DNA of 64,000 nt from Corallococcus sp. (GCA_023667435.1 JAMPAB010000002.1:41180-105179); one strand, 5' to 3'; positions 36,482 through 45,995 are shown, counted from the stretch's first letter. Program-made: numbers and translations. Notes: generated by a model from the letters alone, not told the origin.

Positions 36482-36856
36482 TTATATCTCCTTGCGCCGT
36501 AAACCTAATTACGTTTTATTACCGAAAATTATCGATGCAAAACAAACGCGGTTTTGACGGCAAATTGTAAAAACTCTATTTCCGAGTGGAAAAGTATATT
36601 AACATATTTTTAGGGCAAAGTCAATACCAAACGAAAAAAACGGCGTATGACAATCGCAGAAAAACAGGCGCAACTTGCCGCGCGGTAACGCCGAATACCG
36701 TTTTTATGGTTTAACGCGCCTGACATTCCGCAAAAGATATACGCTTACTTAGTTTGTTTCTTTTTGACAGGTTTTCGGGTCGGCATCGGTTTTGGCGTCC
36801 GACCCGAAACCGCAACGCGTATCGTTTTATTTTATATTATGCCGAAATATTCTCCG

Positions 36857-37375
36857 CTACATTTTCTGCGGTTCGGGGTAAACTTCTCCGAACGTTTCGA
36901 CGCGGACGGACTTGATTTGCTGTTTTTCAAACGGACGGTCCGAATAATCCGTATATTCGTCGGCTATTTCGTCCACTACTTCCATACCGTTTGTAACCTT
37001 TCCGAAAGCGGCGTACGCGCCGTCGAGATGAGGCGCGTCCCGATGCATAATGAAAAACTGACTGCCGGCGCTGTCGGGATTCATCGCGCGCGCCATAGAG
37101 ATAACGCCGCGTTCGTGCTTGAGATCGTTTTTTACGCCGTTTTGCGAAAACTCTCCCTTTATCGTATATCCTGGACCGCCTGTGCCCAAACCTTTGGGAC
37201 AACCGCCCTGAATCATAAACCCCTTTATTACCCTATGAAAAATAAGTCCGTCATAGAAGCCCTTATTAGCCAGACTTATAAAATTATTTACCGTGTTCGG
37301 CGCAATTTTAGGATAAAGCTCTATTACTATTTGCTTGCCGTTGTTCATCGTTAACGTTGCCAGAGGATTTTGCAT
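36857..37375 (-). CDS. ppiB: cyclophilin-type peptidyl-prolyl cis-trans isomerase
   Basis: [15 protein letters not shown]...[13 protein letters not shown] and [17 protein letters not shown] are present. Confidence 0.93.
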   Translation of the reverse strand: MQNPLATLTMNNGKQIVIELYPKIAPNTVNNFISLANKGFYDGLIFHRVIKGFMIQGGCPKGLGTGGPGYTIKGEFSQNGVKNDLKHERGVISMARAMNPDSAGSQFFIMHRDAPHLDGAYAAFGKVTNGMEVVDEIADEYTDYSDRPFEKQQIKSVRVETFGEVYPEPQKM

Positions 37376-37622
37376 AATACGCTCCTTAATCCGAATATTC
37401 GCGCCGATTTACGCACATCTGCCGACGGGAGATACGGCGACTGCGTTCGACGCAACTACTAAATTATAATAAATAAACCCGTCAATGTCAATACGCATCG
37501 GTAAAAAATACACGACGGCGTAGCCGATGACAAACTGCCGACAAATTTCAAACATTGTCAACCGTCTAAAGCAATGCCTACGTTTACGAAATTTATAAAA
37601 AAGAAAATTAAATTATAAAACG

Positions 37623-37654
37623 ATCGGATTTGGCGCGATGTCAAATCCGATTTT
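37623..37654. terminator. orphan terminator-like hairpin at the left edge of the low-GC island
   Basis: ATCGGATTTG (37623-37632) pairs with CAAATCCGAT (37642-37651), with A-rich sequence upstream and TTT downstream. No gene ends nearby on either strand. Confidence 0.4.
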
Positions 37655-37759
37655 AATTGTTGTCCTTTGCAACAAGAGTTGCCGCCGCAATAGCAGGGGA
37701 TTCTGTTTTGTTTGATATATTTACGCGGTACATGTATTTTTCCAACATTACAAATAATG

Positions 37760-37788
37760 TTGAAAATTTTTCCTTGTTATGCTATAAT
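37760..37788 (+). promoter_or_regulatory. extended -10 promoter of the giant LRR lipoprotein gene
   Basis: TTGAAA (37760-37765), 17-nt spacer ending in TGC, then TATAAT (37783-37788). Confidence 0.6.
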
Positions 37789-37795
37789 TGGCTTA

Positions 37796-37894
37796 CCACA
37801 TCGACAATTGAATACACATAAAACGACGAATATATCTCCGGTAGATATATGCGCTTTTCTCAAATTGTCGTTTTATGTCAATTGTACGGTGTGG
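37796..37894 (+). promoter_or_regulatory. 99-nt compound hairpin in the 5' leader
   Basis: Pairings: CCACA with TGTGG, ACAATTGA (37804-37811) with TCAATTGT (37878-37885), and ACATAAAACGAC (37816-37827) with GTCGTTTTATGT (37867-37878). An apical hairpin pairs ATATATCT with AGATATAT (37830-37850). Confidence 0.6.
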
Positions 37895-37921
37895 TAACCT
37901 AATGAGGCGTATATACTGCAA

Positions 37922-37954
37922 GTGTCGTTCTCATTTAGGGGACGGCACTTTTTT
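37922..37954 (+). terminator. intrinsic terminator inside the leader, 8 nt upstream of the SD (attenuator candidate)
   Basis: GUGUCGUUC (37922-37930) pairs with GGACGGCAC (37940-37948), 9 bp including two G-U pairs, with a 9-nt loop. It is followed by T6 (37949-37954), then GGAGG (37962-37966) and ATG 37973. Confidence 0.6.
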
Positions 37955-37972
37955 AATACTCGGAGGCAAACT

Positions 37973-40900
37973 ATGAGGAAAAAACTAAGTATAGCGTTGT
38001 TATTATTTGTGACGTTAATAGCCTCGCTTACGTTAGTTGGCTGTAAGCATAAGCATAACTATACCGTACAGTCGGTAACCGAACCCACCTGTACGGAGCG
38101 CGGTTACACAACATACGTATGCGACGGCTGTGACGACACTTACAAAGATAACTACGTCGAAATAAAACCGCACACGCCTCAAACAGCCACAAACGAAAAC
38201 GTTGTAACGGCGGACTGTACTCACGCAGGCGGTTACGACGAAGTGATTCGCTGTAAGGATTGCAATGTTATAATGTCTACTACTCATCATAACGTTGAAA
38301 CGACTTTGCATACGCTCAAGGGACCTACGCGAGAGAGCGTAGTTGAGCCCACTTGTTCTACGTTCGGCAGTTATGATGAAGTCATATATTGTAGCGACTG
38401 CAACGCAATACTTTCGTCTACGCCTAAAACAATAGATAAACTTCCGCACACGCCCGAAGAAAATTGGATAATAGACCGTAATGCTACTTGTACCGTCAAG
38501 GGTTCAAAGCATTTAGAATGTTCCGTTTGTCATACAACGTTACAAACGGAAAGCATACCAACAACCGAACATAAATACGGAGCATGGACTATTAACTCCG
38601 ATGCCCACCGGCGCACATGTTCAACATGCAAAAGCGTTGAAAGTGGCAACCATAATATGGCAAATGAACATTGTACAGTCTGTAACTATTATGAAAAAGA
38701 CTATTCTCAATTGTTTGACTTTGTGCTTGTAGACGGAGAATACGTTGTAACGCGTTACAAGGGTACTGATACTATCGTGACTGTTCCGTCTCGCTACAAT
38801 GGCAAAGATATTACAACTATCAAGGCAAACGCATTTAGCGCTTGCGGATACTATATTACAGATTTAATAATTGAAAAAGGCATAACTACTATCGAGGAAG
38901 GCGCTTTAATCGGGTGCTCCGCATTACGTACGCTGTCATTGCCTCAGTTAAACTGTCATTTTGCCAAACTTTTTGATATGTCTTCTACTACGCTTTCTGT
39001 TGCACAAAGCGATATATATCCAAGCGCAGTTGATTCTTATACGATAAAAGTTAATGGGGTAAACCGCATTTTTGGTATACCGAGAGACGGTTGTTCGTGG
39101 TATTACAACGGTACATTATCCGACGGTAGAATTTATTGCAACGACGAATTGACCGTTTTGTCAAGCAAACAAACATACGAAACTACCGTCGGCGTATATT
39201 GGACGCTGCCTACGTCTGTAAGAATAAAGTATTATCAATTGCCAACTTACTTCAAAAAACTAACTATAACCGATGAGGCAATTTCGTTAAACAACAGTAA
39301 ACTGTCGGGCTGCTCGGACTACGAAATAGAAATACAACGGGTTGAAATTAAAACCATTACAATAGCAGACGTAGTATCTTACATTGATGAATTTGATGTA
39401 AACAATTATTCGTTTACGGTCAAATATACGAACGATACTTCTAATACCGTAAATGACGTATTTAACTATATTGAGAATGACAACAAGGCGTTATTGTCAA
39501 CCGTTGGAGAACACGAATTGTCGCTATGTTTTGAAGGTGTAACATTTAAATGGAATCTCACTCTTAATAATCATACGTTTAGTAATAATGTACAACTAAC
39601 ATCTCAATCTTATTACTACGACGGCGACAGTAAGTCATTGGCGGTTGAAAACTTGCCTGATGGCGCAAACGTGCAGTATATCAACAACGGACAAACGGAA
39701 ATTGGTGTTTATGATATTACTGCTACAATAACAAAGCCGTACTACGATGATTTGCAATTGCAAGCGACTCTAACGATAAAACAAGACGTTTACAGCATTA
39801 CTTACAACAATCTTAACGGAGTTGAAAACAACAACCCCGACACGTTCAATGCGTCTAAAGGACTTGTATTGAACAATTTGGAAAAATTAAATTATGTATT
39901 TGTAGGTTGGTACAAAGACAGTCAATTCAAAACAAAAATAGAAAGTATTCCTCTTGAAACTGAAGAAAATATAACTCTTTATGCGCAATGGAAAAGCATA
40001 TTCCAGTTAAGCGGAAACTCTATTGTCGGTATTACCGATTATGGCAAGACGTATACCGAAATTATAATCGATCCTATTATTGAAGGAGTTAATATAAGAC
40101 AAATTGGCGAATCTGCTTTTGCAAATTGCAAGGCAATGACAAAAATTACAATTCCCGACACTATAACGACAATAGGCGCTTCGGCTTTTGCAAATTGCAA
40201 TAAATTAATAAAAATTGATTTTAAGGGAGAAATAGCAGACTGGTGCAATATAAGTTTTGGTAATAGCAGTGCTAATCCCCTGTACTATGCACATAATTTG
40301 TACGTAAATGGCGAACTTGTAACGGAGTTAGAAATACCCGACGGTGTAACCGAAATAAAGAATTGCGCATTTTGCGGTTGTACAAGCATAACAAGTGTAA
40401 CAATACCAGATAGCGTACAGTCAATAGGCTATTACGCGTTCGATAATTGCGGCAACCTAATAGCGGTTTACTATACTGGAGTAATAGCAGATTGGTGTAA
40501 TATTAGTTTTGGCGGTTACGGTGCAAATCCGTTGTACTATGCTCACAACTTGTACATAAATAACGAAATAATATCCGGAGATATAGTAATGCCCAACGGC
40601 GTTACTACCATACCGAGTTACACTTTCAAAAACAGTGCAATTACAAGCATAACAATACCAAACAGCGTTACATCAATAGACGGTTATGCGTTTGACTCTT
40701 GTAATAATTTAACTGCTGTATACTACGCAGGAACAGTAGGAGATTGGTGCAAAATTAATATTAACAGCAATCCGATGTCCTATGCTCAAAACTTATATAT
40801 AAATAACGAAATAATATCTGGTGATATAGTACTCCCTGATGGTGTTACTACTATACCGATGTACACTTTCAAAAATAGTACTATAACGAGTATAACGATA

Positions 40901-42949
40901 CCTAATAGTGTCAAAACGATAGGTGGTTTTGCATTTCAAAATTGTAACTGTCTAACTGGCATTACGGTTCCTAACAGTGTGACGTCAATAGGCAGTTCCG
41001 CTTTTAGCGGTTGTAGCAGTTTGGAAAGCATAACGTTGCCGTTTGTGGGCGGATCAAGAAAAACTGCGAGCGCTGCCTATCAATATCCGTTTGGATATAT
41101 ATTTGGAACAAGCAGTTATACTGGCGGAGTGGAAACTGAGCAACGATATTACGGTCCCATTATAAACGGAAATGTATATACTGAAATTACTAATTACTAT
41201 ATTCCATTGACGCTAAAATCCGTAACGATAACGGGCGGTAATATACTTTACGGCGCGTTCTATGGTTGTAGTGGACTAACAAGCACTACGGTATCTGACA
41301 GTGTTACATTGATAGCAGGTTTCGCATTCTATGATTGCAATAACCTAACAAGCATAACAATGGGTAAAAGCGTAACGTCGATAGTTGGCAATGCGTTCGT
41401 TGGTTGTGATAGTCTAGCAACGGTATACTATACTGGCTCAATAGCCGACTGGTGCAATATAAGTTTTGGAAATAATTATGCTAATCCATTGTACTATGCT
41501 CACAACTTGTATATAAATAACGAACTTGTAACGAAGTTGGATATACCCGACGGCGTAACCGAAATAAAGGATTACGCATTTTCTGGTTGTGCAAGTATAA
41601 CAAGCGTAACAATCCCTGACAGCATTAAATGGATAGGTAAGAATGCCTTTTACAAGTGTACTAGTTTAATATGTGCATCAATCAGAAACGGTTTAAAGAC
41701 AATAGGGGAAAATGTATTTAGTTGCAGTGGTCTTACGAGCATTATAATTCCTGACAGCGTAACATCAATAGGTGAGGCCGCGTTCTCTAGTTGCAATAGT
41801 CTGGCTAGTGTAATTATTGGCAACGGTGTTAGGACAATAGATGATGTTGCGTTTGCTAGCTGCCGTAGTCTGATAAACGTAACGATAGGCAACAGCGTTA
41901 CTTCGATAGGTGTTGATGCATTCTATTATTGCATTAGGTTAGTTGAAGTGTACAATTTGTCGCGTCTAACTATTGTTGCCGGTTCAATTGATAACGGATA
42001 TGTGGCAAGTTATGCCAAGATAGTCCATACTTCTGCAAACGAAGCAAGTAAACTAACCACGACAGCCGACAATTATTTATTCTACGCTGATGACAAAAAT
42101 GTCTATCTTATAGGCTACATTGGCAATGAAACGGAGTTGATTTTGCCAAATAATTTCAATGACCGTCCTTACGCAATAAATAAATATGCGTTTGCCAAGA
42201 ACGATAGTTTAACAAGTATAACAATTCCAGATAGCGTCACGTCGATAGGCAGTTACGCATTCGAAGGTTGCAGTAACTTAACAAACATCATAATTCCCGA
42301 CAGCGTAATATCACTACAATCTGCATTTGGTGGTTGTAGTAGTTTACAATATAATGAGTATGATAATGCACTGTATCTAGGCAATACTAACAACCCGTAC
42401 TTAGTACTGTTCAAGGCAAAAAATACAGATATAACTACTTGCGAAATAAACGAGAATACAAAGATTATATACAGCTCAGCGTTCTATAATTGCAGTAAAC
42501 TTACAAGCATTACAATTCCTAATAGTGTTACGTCAATAAACGATGGTGCGTTTTCTTATTGTAGTAATCTAATTAGTATAAAATTCGGGAACAACGTGGT
42601 ATCAACGGGCTATCAAACATTTGCTTATTGCAGAAGTTTAACAAGCATAGCATTAGGCAACAACGTAAATGTGATAGGTAATTATGCGTTTTGTGGTTGC
42701 AGCAACCTAACAAGCATAATAATTCCCGAAAGTGTAACGTCAGTAATTGCTGGCGCATTCTATGACTGCAGTAGTCTAAAATCAGTGTACTACAAGGGGA
42801 ATGCGAACACTTGGGCGAAAATTAGTTTAAGCAGTAGTGACAATGCCAATTTGATTGCGGCTGCGAAATACTATTATAGCGAAACACAACCAACAACCAG
42901 CGGCAGATATTGGCACTATGACGACAATGGGGATATCGTTGTTTGGTAA
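37973..42949 (+). CDS. giant (1,658-aa) BspA-type leucine-rich-repeat lipoprotein with N-terminal Cys-rich repeats
   Basis: I trimmed the start to ATG 37973 (MRKKLSIALLLFVTLIASLTLVGC has a lipobox). There are 4-5 PTC...G......C..C units, then dozens of LRR_5-like units (ITIP.SVTSIG..AF..C..LTSI). Composition is markedly AT-richer than neighbouring genes. Confidence 0.88.
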   Translation: MRKKLSIALLLFVTLIASLTLVGCKHKHNYTVQSVTEPTCTERGYTTYVCDGCDDTYKDNYVEIKPHTPQTATNENVVTADCTHAGGYDEVIRCKDCNVIMSTTHHNVETTLHTLKGPTRESVVEPTCSTFGSYDEVIYCSDCNAILSSTPKTIDKLPHTPEENWIIDRNATCTVKGSKHLECSVCHTTLQTESIPTTEHKYGAWTINSDAHRRTCSTCKSVESGNHNMANEHCTVCNYYEKDYSQLFDFVLVDGEYVVTRYKGTDTIVTVPSRYNGKDITTIKANAFSACGYYITDLIIEKGITTIEEGALIGCSALRTLSLPQLNCHFAKLFDMSSTTLSVAQSDIYPSAVDSYTIKVNGVNRIFGIPRDGCSWYYNGTLSDGRIYCNDELTVLSSKQTYETTVGVYWTLPTSVRIKYYQLPTYFKKLTITDEAISLNNSKLSGCSDYEIEIQRVEIKTITIADVVSYIDEFDVNNYSFTVKYTNDTSNTVNDVFNYIENDNKALLSTVGEHELSLCFEGVTFKWNLTLNNHTFSNNVQLTSQSYYYDGDSKSLAVENLPDGANVQYINNGQTEIGVYDITATITKPYYDDLQLQATLTIKQDVYSITYNNLNGVENNNPDTFNASKGLVLNNLEKLNYVFVGWYKDSQFKTKIESIPLETEENITLYAQWKSIFQLSGNSIVGITDYGKTYTEIIIDPIIEGVNIRQIGESAFANCKAMTKITIPDTITTIGASAFANCNKLIKIDFKGEIADWCNISFGNSSANPLYYAHNLYVNGELVTELEIPDGVTEIKNCAFCGCTSITSVTIPDSVQSIGYYAFDNCGNLIAVYYTGVIADWCNISFGGYGANPLYYAHNLYINNEIISGDIVMPNGVTTIPSYTFKNSAITSITIPNSVTSIDGYAFDSCNNLTAVYYAGTVGDWCKININSNPMSYAQNLYINNEIISGDIVLPDGVTTIPMYTFKNSTITSITIPNSVKTIGGFAFQNCNCLTGITVPNSVTSIGSSAFSGCSSLESITLPFVGGSRKTASAAYQYPFGYIFGTSSYTGGVETEQRYYGPIINGNVYTEITNYYIPLTLKSVTITGGNILYGAFYGCSGLTSTTVSDSVTLIAGFAFYDCNNLTSITMGKSVTSIVGNAFVGCDSLATVYYTGSIADWCNISFGNNYANPLYYAHNLYINNELVTKLDIPDGVTEIKDYAFSGCASITSVTIPDSIKWIGKNAFYKCTSLICASIRNGLKTIGENVFSCSGLTSIIIPDSVTSIGEAAFSSCNSLASVIIGNGVRTIDDVAFASCRSLINVTIGNSVTSIGVDAFYYCIRLVEVYNLSRLTIVAGSIDNGYVASYAKIVHTSANEASKLTTTADNYLFYADDKNVYLIGYIGNETELILPNNFNDRPYAINKYAFAKNDSLTSITIPDSVTSIGSYAFEGCSNLTNIIIPDSVISLQSAFGGCSSLQYNEYDNALYLGNTNNPYLVLFKAKNTDITTCEINENTKIIYSSAFYNCSKLTSITIPNSVTSINDGAFSYCSNLISIKFGNNVVSTGYQTFAYCRSLTSIALGNNVNVIGNYAFCGCSNLTSIIIPESVTSVIAGAFYDCSSLKSVYYKGNANTWAKISLSSSDNANLIAAAKYYYSETQPTTSGRYWHYDDNGDIVVW

Positions 42950-42980
42950 GTATAACTAAATAAATGAAAGGAGTAAGTAT

Positions 42981-43352
42981 ATGGAAGAAAGAAGTAAGCT
43001 TAGTGACGCATTAAAAGAATTTGAGCAATCGGGAGTAAATTATCTTCCATCGCTTTATGGCGCTAGTGTTGCGAGAGGGACAAGTTTAGATATTCAATTT
43101 AAGAGCGACTCGATATATTTTAAGCGAAAGAATACTCAAATGAGCGTTAAAAGAGATAATCTTTGTAAATCTTTTGAGTTGTTGTTAAAAAGTAAACAAT
43201 TGCATATGGGTGAACGCCAATTTACTAATATTATAAGCGAAGGGTGCGTTCAAGCATTTTTCTTTCAATTGCTAAAGTATCTAGGCTTAGCAAAAATACA
43301 GGGAACGGGTGTACATGGAGATAAATTCGTCGCGGTGCCGTTGAATACTTAA
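42981..43352 (+). CDS. hypothetical protein (123 aa)
   Basis: AAAGGAG lies 8 nt upstream of the ATG, and the gene starts 31 nt after the LRR gene stop. No motif recognised. Low GC like the LRR gene. Confidence 0.6.
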   Translation: MEERSKLSDALKEFEQSGVNYLPSLYGASVARGTSLDIQFKSDSIYFKRKNTQMSVKRDNLCKSFELLLKSKQLHMGERQFTNIISEGCVQAFFFQLLKYLGLAKIQGTGVHGDKFVAVPLNT

Positions 43353-43436
43353 AGAACTATCGGTGCTACAACGACAACCACGAAATTCTCGTTTGGACAT
43401 ACAACAAAGAAAACAATTAACAAAAGGAGAAATATT

Positions 43437-43778
43437 ATGGAGTACAAAACGGAACAAGTATATGAGCAATATTTGGCTTACCTTTGGGGAGTAAAAAAAG
43501 TCTGTATCACAAATACGGAAATCACTGTTGTTTTGAGGGAAGATAATAACTTTGATTTGCAGGCAGAAGCATTTTTGCAAGCGTATGAAAATGCAAAAAA
43601 TGATGAAAAAGCGCAGGAAATTTTGAAACGTGGAATGGCTATTGTAATGAATATCCTTGATGATTTGACGCACGAAATAGCAGCGCATATTCCTAAGATT
43701 GCTGATGGAAAATTTACTTGGAAATATGACGATAAAACCGCAAAAAACCTCCTTGAGATAAAAAAGGCAGTTGGATAA
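43437..43778 (+). CDS. hypothetical protein (113 aa)
   Basis: AAAGGAG lies upstream and a terminator downstream. No motif recognised. Confidence 0.6.
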   Translation: MEYKTEQVYEQYLAYLWGVKKVCITNTEITVVLREDNNFDLQAEAFLQAYENAKNDEKAQEILKRGMAIVMNILDDLTHEIAAHIPKIADGKFTWKYDDKTAKNLLEIKKAVG

Positions 43779-43821
43779 TGGGGAAGCGACTGACGGCATA
43801 CATAAATTGGAATAAAGTTCC

Positions 43822-43860
43822 AAAAAAGCCGAGAGATTAATCGCAATCTCTCGGCTTTGC
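43822..43860. terminator. bidirectional terminator
   Basis: AGCCGAGAGATT (43827-43838) pairs with AATCTCTCGGCT (43845-43856). A6 lies upstream and TTTGCTGTTGTT downstream. Confidence 0.75.
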
Positions 43861-43894
43861 TGTTGTTAAGGCGTGTAGTTATTGTTGGCAACGG

Positions 43895-44092
43895 CTATCT
43901 ATACACCGCCAAATACTTTCTTTGAATTCTTTGCATACATTCATGCGTGGAACTAATCGCTCTGCATACTTCTCTTGCAATTTGCGGGTAACTCATTCCG
44001 TTCATACGGTATTGCAGAAAAAGGCACACTACCGCTGCGCAAGAGAACGTACGGCGAGTACGTATTGACGAAGTATACCGTTTGCATAACAC
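43895..44092 (-). CDS. small HTH protein resembling sigma-70 region 4 (possibly a gene remnant)
   Basis: LFLQYRMNGMSYPQIAREVCRAISSTHECMQRIQRK resembles the region-4 HTH of ECF/phage-type sigma factors. It is only 65 aa. An overlapping 77-aa ORF in another frame (43953..44186) hints at a frameshifted larger gene. Confidence 0.3.
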   Translation of the reverse strand: MLCKRYTSSIRTRRTFSCAAVVCLFLQYRMNGMSYPQIAREVCRAISSTHECMQRIQRKYLAVYR

Positions 44093-44192
44093 CGCAAAAA
44101 GCTTTATAGCTCGAAATCTTTCTGACTAACCGTCGCGCGCGGCATTGCGGATTAAAATTCAGAACGCGGCAAAACCGCAAAATCAATTTTTG

Positions 44193-44221
44193 TTGACTTT
44201 ATTTTTGCGTTTTTGTATAAT
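44193..44221 (+). promoter_or_regulatory. strong extended -10 promoter 375 nt upstream of the aminopeptidase ATG
   Basis: TTGACT (44193-44198), 17-nt spacer ending in TG, then TATAAT (44216-44221). Confidence 0.6.
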
Positions 44222-44312
44222 ATAATCAAAAATAATCAACCGAAATACCCATCGAATGTGAGATGTTCGTACTTCGAATCGATAATTTATCATTCGATGA
44301 TATAATATAACA

Positions 44313-44520
44313 GACACGAACTATATCTTACGCAGTATTAAAGTTATCAACGTGATACGATGTAATAAACAGCGGTTAAATGCCGTTAGACGCAGTCTGT
44401 TGTTTTATTATATCGTACACGAACAATACTAACTCTAATATTTAGCAATCAACGTAATACGATGTAATAGCGAGCAGTTAGCAGTAGTTAATTGTAGTTA
44501 AACATCGTTAACTATTTAAT
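44313..44520 (+). repeat. two tandem ~100-nt hairpin-forming repeat units in the leader
   Basis: Both units begin ACACGAAC... and share the core ATCAACGT(G/A)ATACGATGTAATA (44346-44367 and 44448-44469). In unit A, ACGATGTAATAAACAG pairs with CTGTTGTTTTATTATATCGT. In unit B, ACGATGT pairs with ACATCGT. Confidence 0.7.
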
Positions 44521-44595
44521 ATAGTCCATTATAAAAACATAAAATCACCGCGCGCAATAAACGTATTTTGCCGCGCAAAATCCGGAGGAAAAATT

Positions 44596-45828
44596 ATGCT
44601 TACAAACAAACAGATGGAAAAATACGCAGAGCTTGCCGTACGTGTAGGCGCCAATATGCAGAAAGGACAGGAAGTCGTAATCCACTGCGACGTACAATGC
44701 GCTCAATTTGCTCACTTAATTGCGGAAAAAGCTTACGAATTCGGCGCAAAAACGGTACATATGGAATGGCGCGACGAAAAGCTCAAACGCATCAATATGT
44801 TAAACGCCGACAAAGAAGCGCTGTGCGACATTCCGTCGTATCAGACGGAATTGTGGAATTACTTTATCGAACGCAAATGCTGTCTTATTTCCATATCGGC
44901 AGACGATCCTAATATGTACAAAGGCTGCGATCCCGACAAATTATCCGCATACGAAGTAGCTTTTCAAACGGCAAGACGTCTGTTCCGCAACGCCACCATG
45001 TCCAACTATCTCCGTTGGACCATTGTATCCATTCCCACTCCCGCTTGGGCGCAGCAAATCTTCCCGAACGACTCCGTAGACGTCGCTATGGACAATCTGT
45101 GGAACGCGATAGGTCATATTATGCGTTTGGATCAACCCGACCCCACCGCAGCGTGGCGCAAAGATATAGATACTCTCGTCAAACGAGCCGAATATCTTAC
45201 CGAATGTAACTTCGAGTACATTCATATGACCAACAAAGAAGGCACCGACCTGAAAGTAGGACTTGCCGAAGGACACGTATGGGTTGCCGCAGAAGAAGAA
45301 GGACAGGACGGCATTTCCTTTACCGCCAACATGCCGACGGAAGAAGTTTTTACCGCGCCGCACAACCGTAAAATCAACGGCAAGGTTGTCAACGCTCTGC
45401 CGCTTGTCAACAACGGCAATATAATAGACGACTTCTCGATTACTTTTAAGGACGGAAAGGTTGTCGATTACAGCGCGAAAGTAGGTTACGAAGCGCTTAA
45501 AGGGTTGCTTTCCAGCGACGAGGGAGTGCTTTCGTTGGGCGAAATTGCTCTCATAGGCAAAAACTCGCCCATTGCTGAAAGCGGAATACTGTTTTACAAC
45601 ACGCTGTTCGACGAAAACGCAAGCTGCCACCTTGCATTCGGCGCAAGCTATCCCACTACCGTAAAAGGCGGCGTGGATATGACGACGGAACAGCTTTCCG
45701 CGCGCGGAATGAATCAAAGCATCCAACACGTCGACTTTATGGTAGGCACAAAAGATATAGACATAGACGGCATAGGTTACGACGGTACCGTTACGCCTAT
45801 ATTCCGCAACGGCGAATGGGTAATTTGA
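44596..45828 (+). CDS. pepS: M29-family aminopeptidase (PepS/AmpS type)
   Basis: 410 aa. MLTNKQMEKYAELAVRVGANMQKGQEV.I, the C-terminal HLAFGASYP and IQHVDFMVG are typical of aminopeptidase T/S. Confidence 0.88.
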   Translation: MLTNKQMEKYAELAVRVGANMQKGQEVVIHCDVQCAQFAHLIAEKAYEFGAKTVHMEWRDEKLKRINMLNADKEALCDIPSYQTELWNYFIERKCCLISISADDPNMYKGCDPDKLSAYEVAFQTARRLFRNATMSNYLRWTIVSIPTPAWAQQIFPNDSVDVAMDNLWNAIGHIMRLDQPDPTAAWRKDIDTLVKRAEYLTECNFEYIHMTNKEGTDLKVGLAEGHVWVAAEEEGQDGISFTANMPTEEVFTAPHNRKINGKVVNALPLVNNGNIIDDFSITFKDGKVVDYSAKVGYEALKGLLSSDEGVLSLGEIALIGKNSPIAESGILFYNTLFDENASCHLAFGASYPTTVKGGVDMTTEQLSARGMNQSIQHVDFMVGTKDIDIDGIGYDGTVTPIFRNGEWVI

Positions 45829-45995
45829 GGGCGTATAAGCGTCACAATATTTTGTTAAACATCATAGCCCGCTACGGTCATTTACAGTTAGTAAACTCCC
45901 TTGCGGGCTATTCGTTTGCCTCATCTTGCTCGCTTCTACGCCCTCAAATGGGTTTGTTGAGAATATTCTATATGAATTTCACTCTTTTAAAAGAA

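Noticed and set aside
43953-44186. The 77-aa minus-strand ORF overlapping the sigma-region-4-like ORF as an independent gene.
   Set aside because: It has no recognisable motif or SD. It most likely represents the out-of-frame upstream part of a decayed gene. I could not reconstruct a convincing single frameshift, so I did not call a pseudogene.
44313-44520. The tandem repeats upstream of pepS as a possible CRISPR array.
   Set aside because: There are only two units, the units are ~100 nt long and only ~70% identical outside a 22-nt core, there is no repeat-spacer periodicity, and there are no cas genes.
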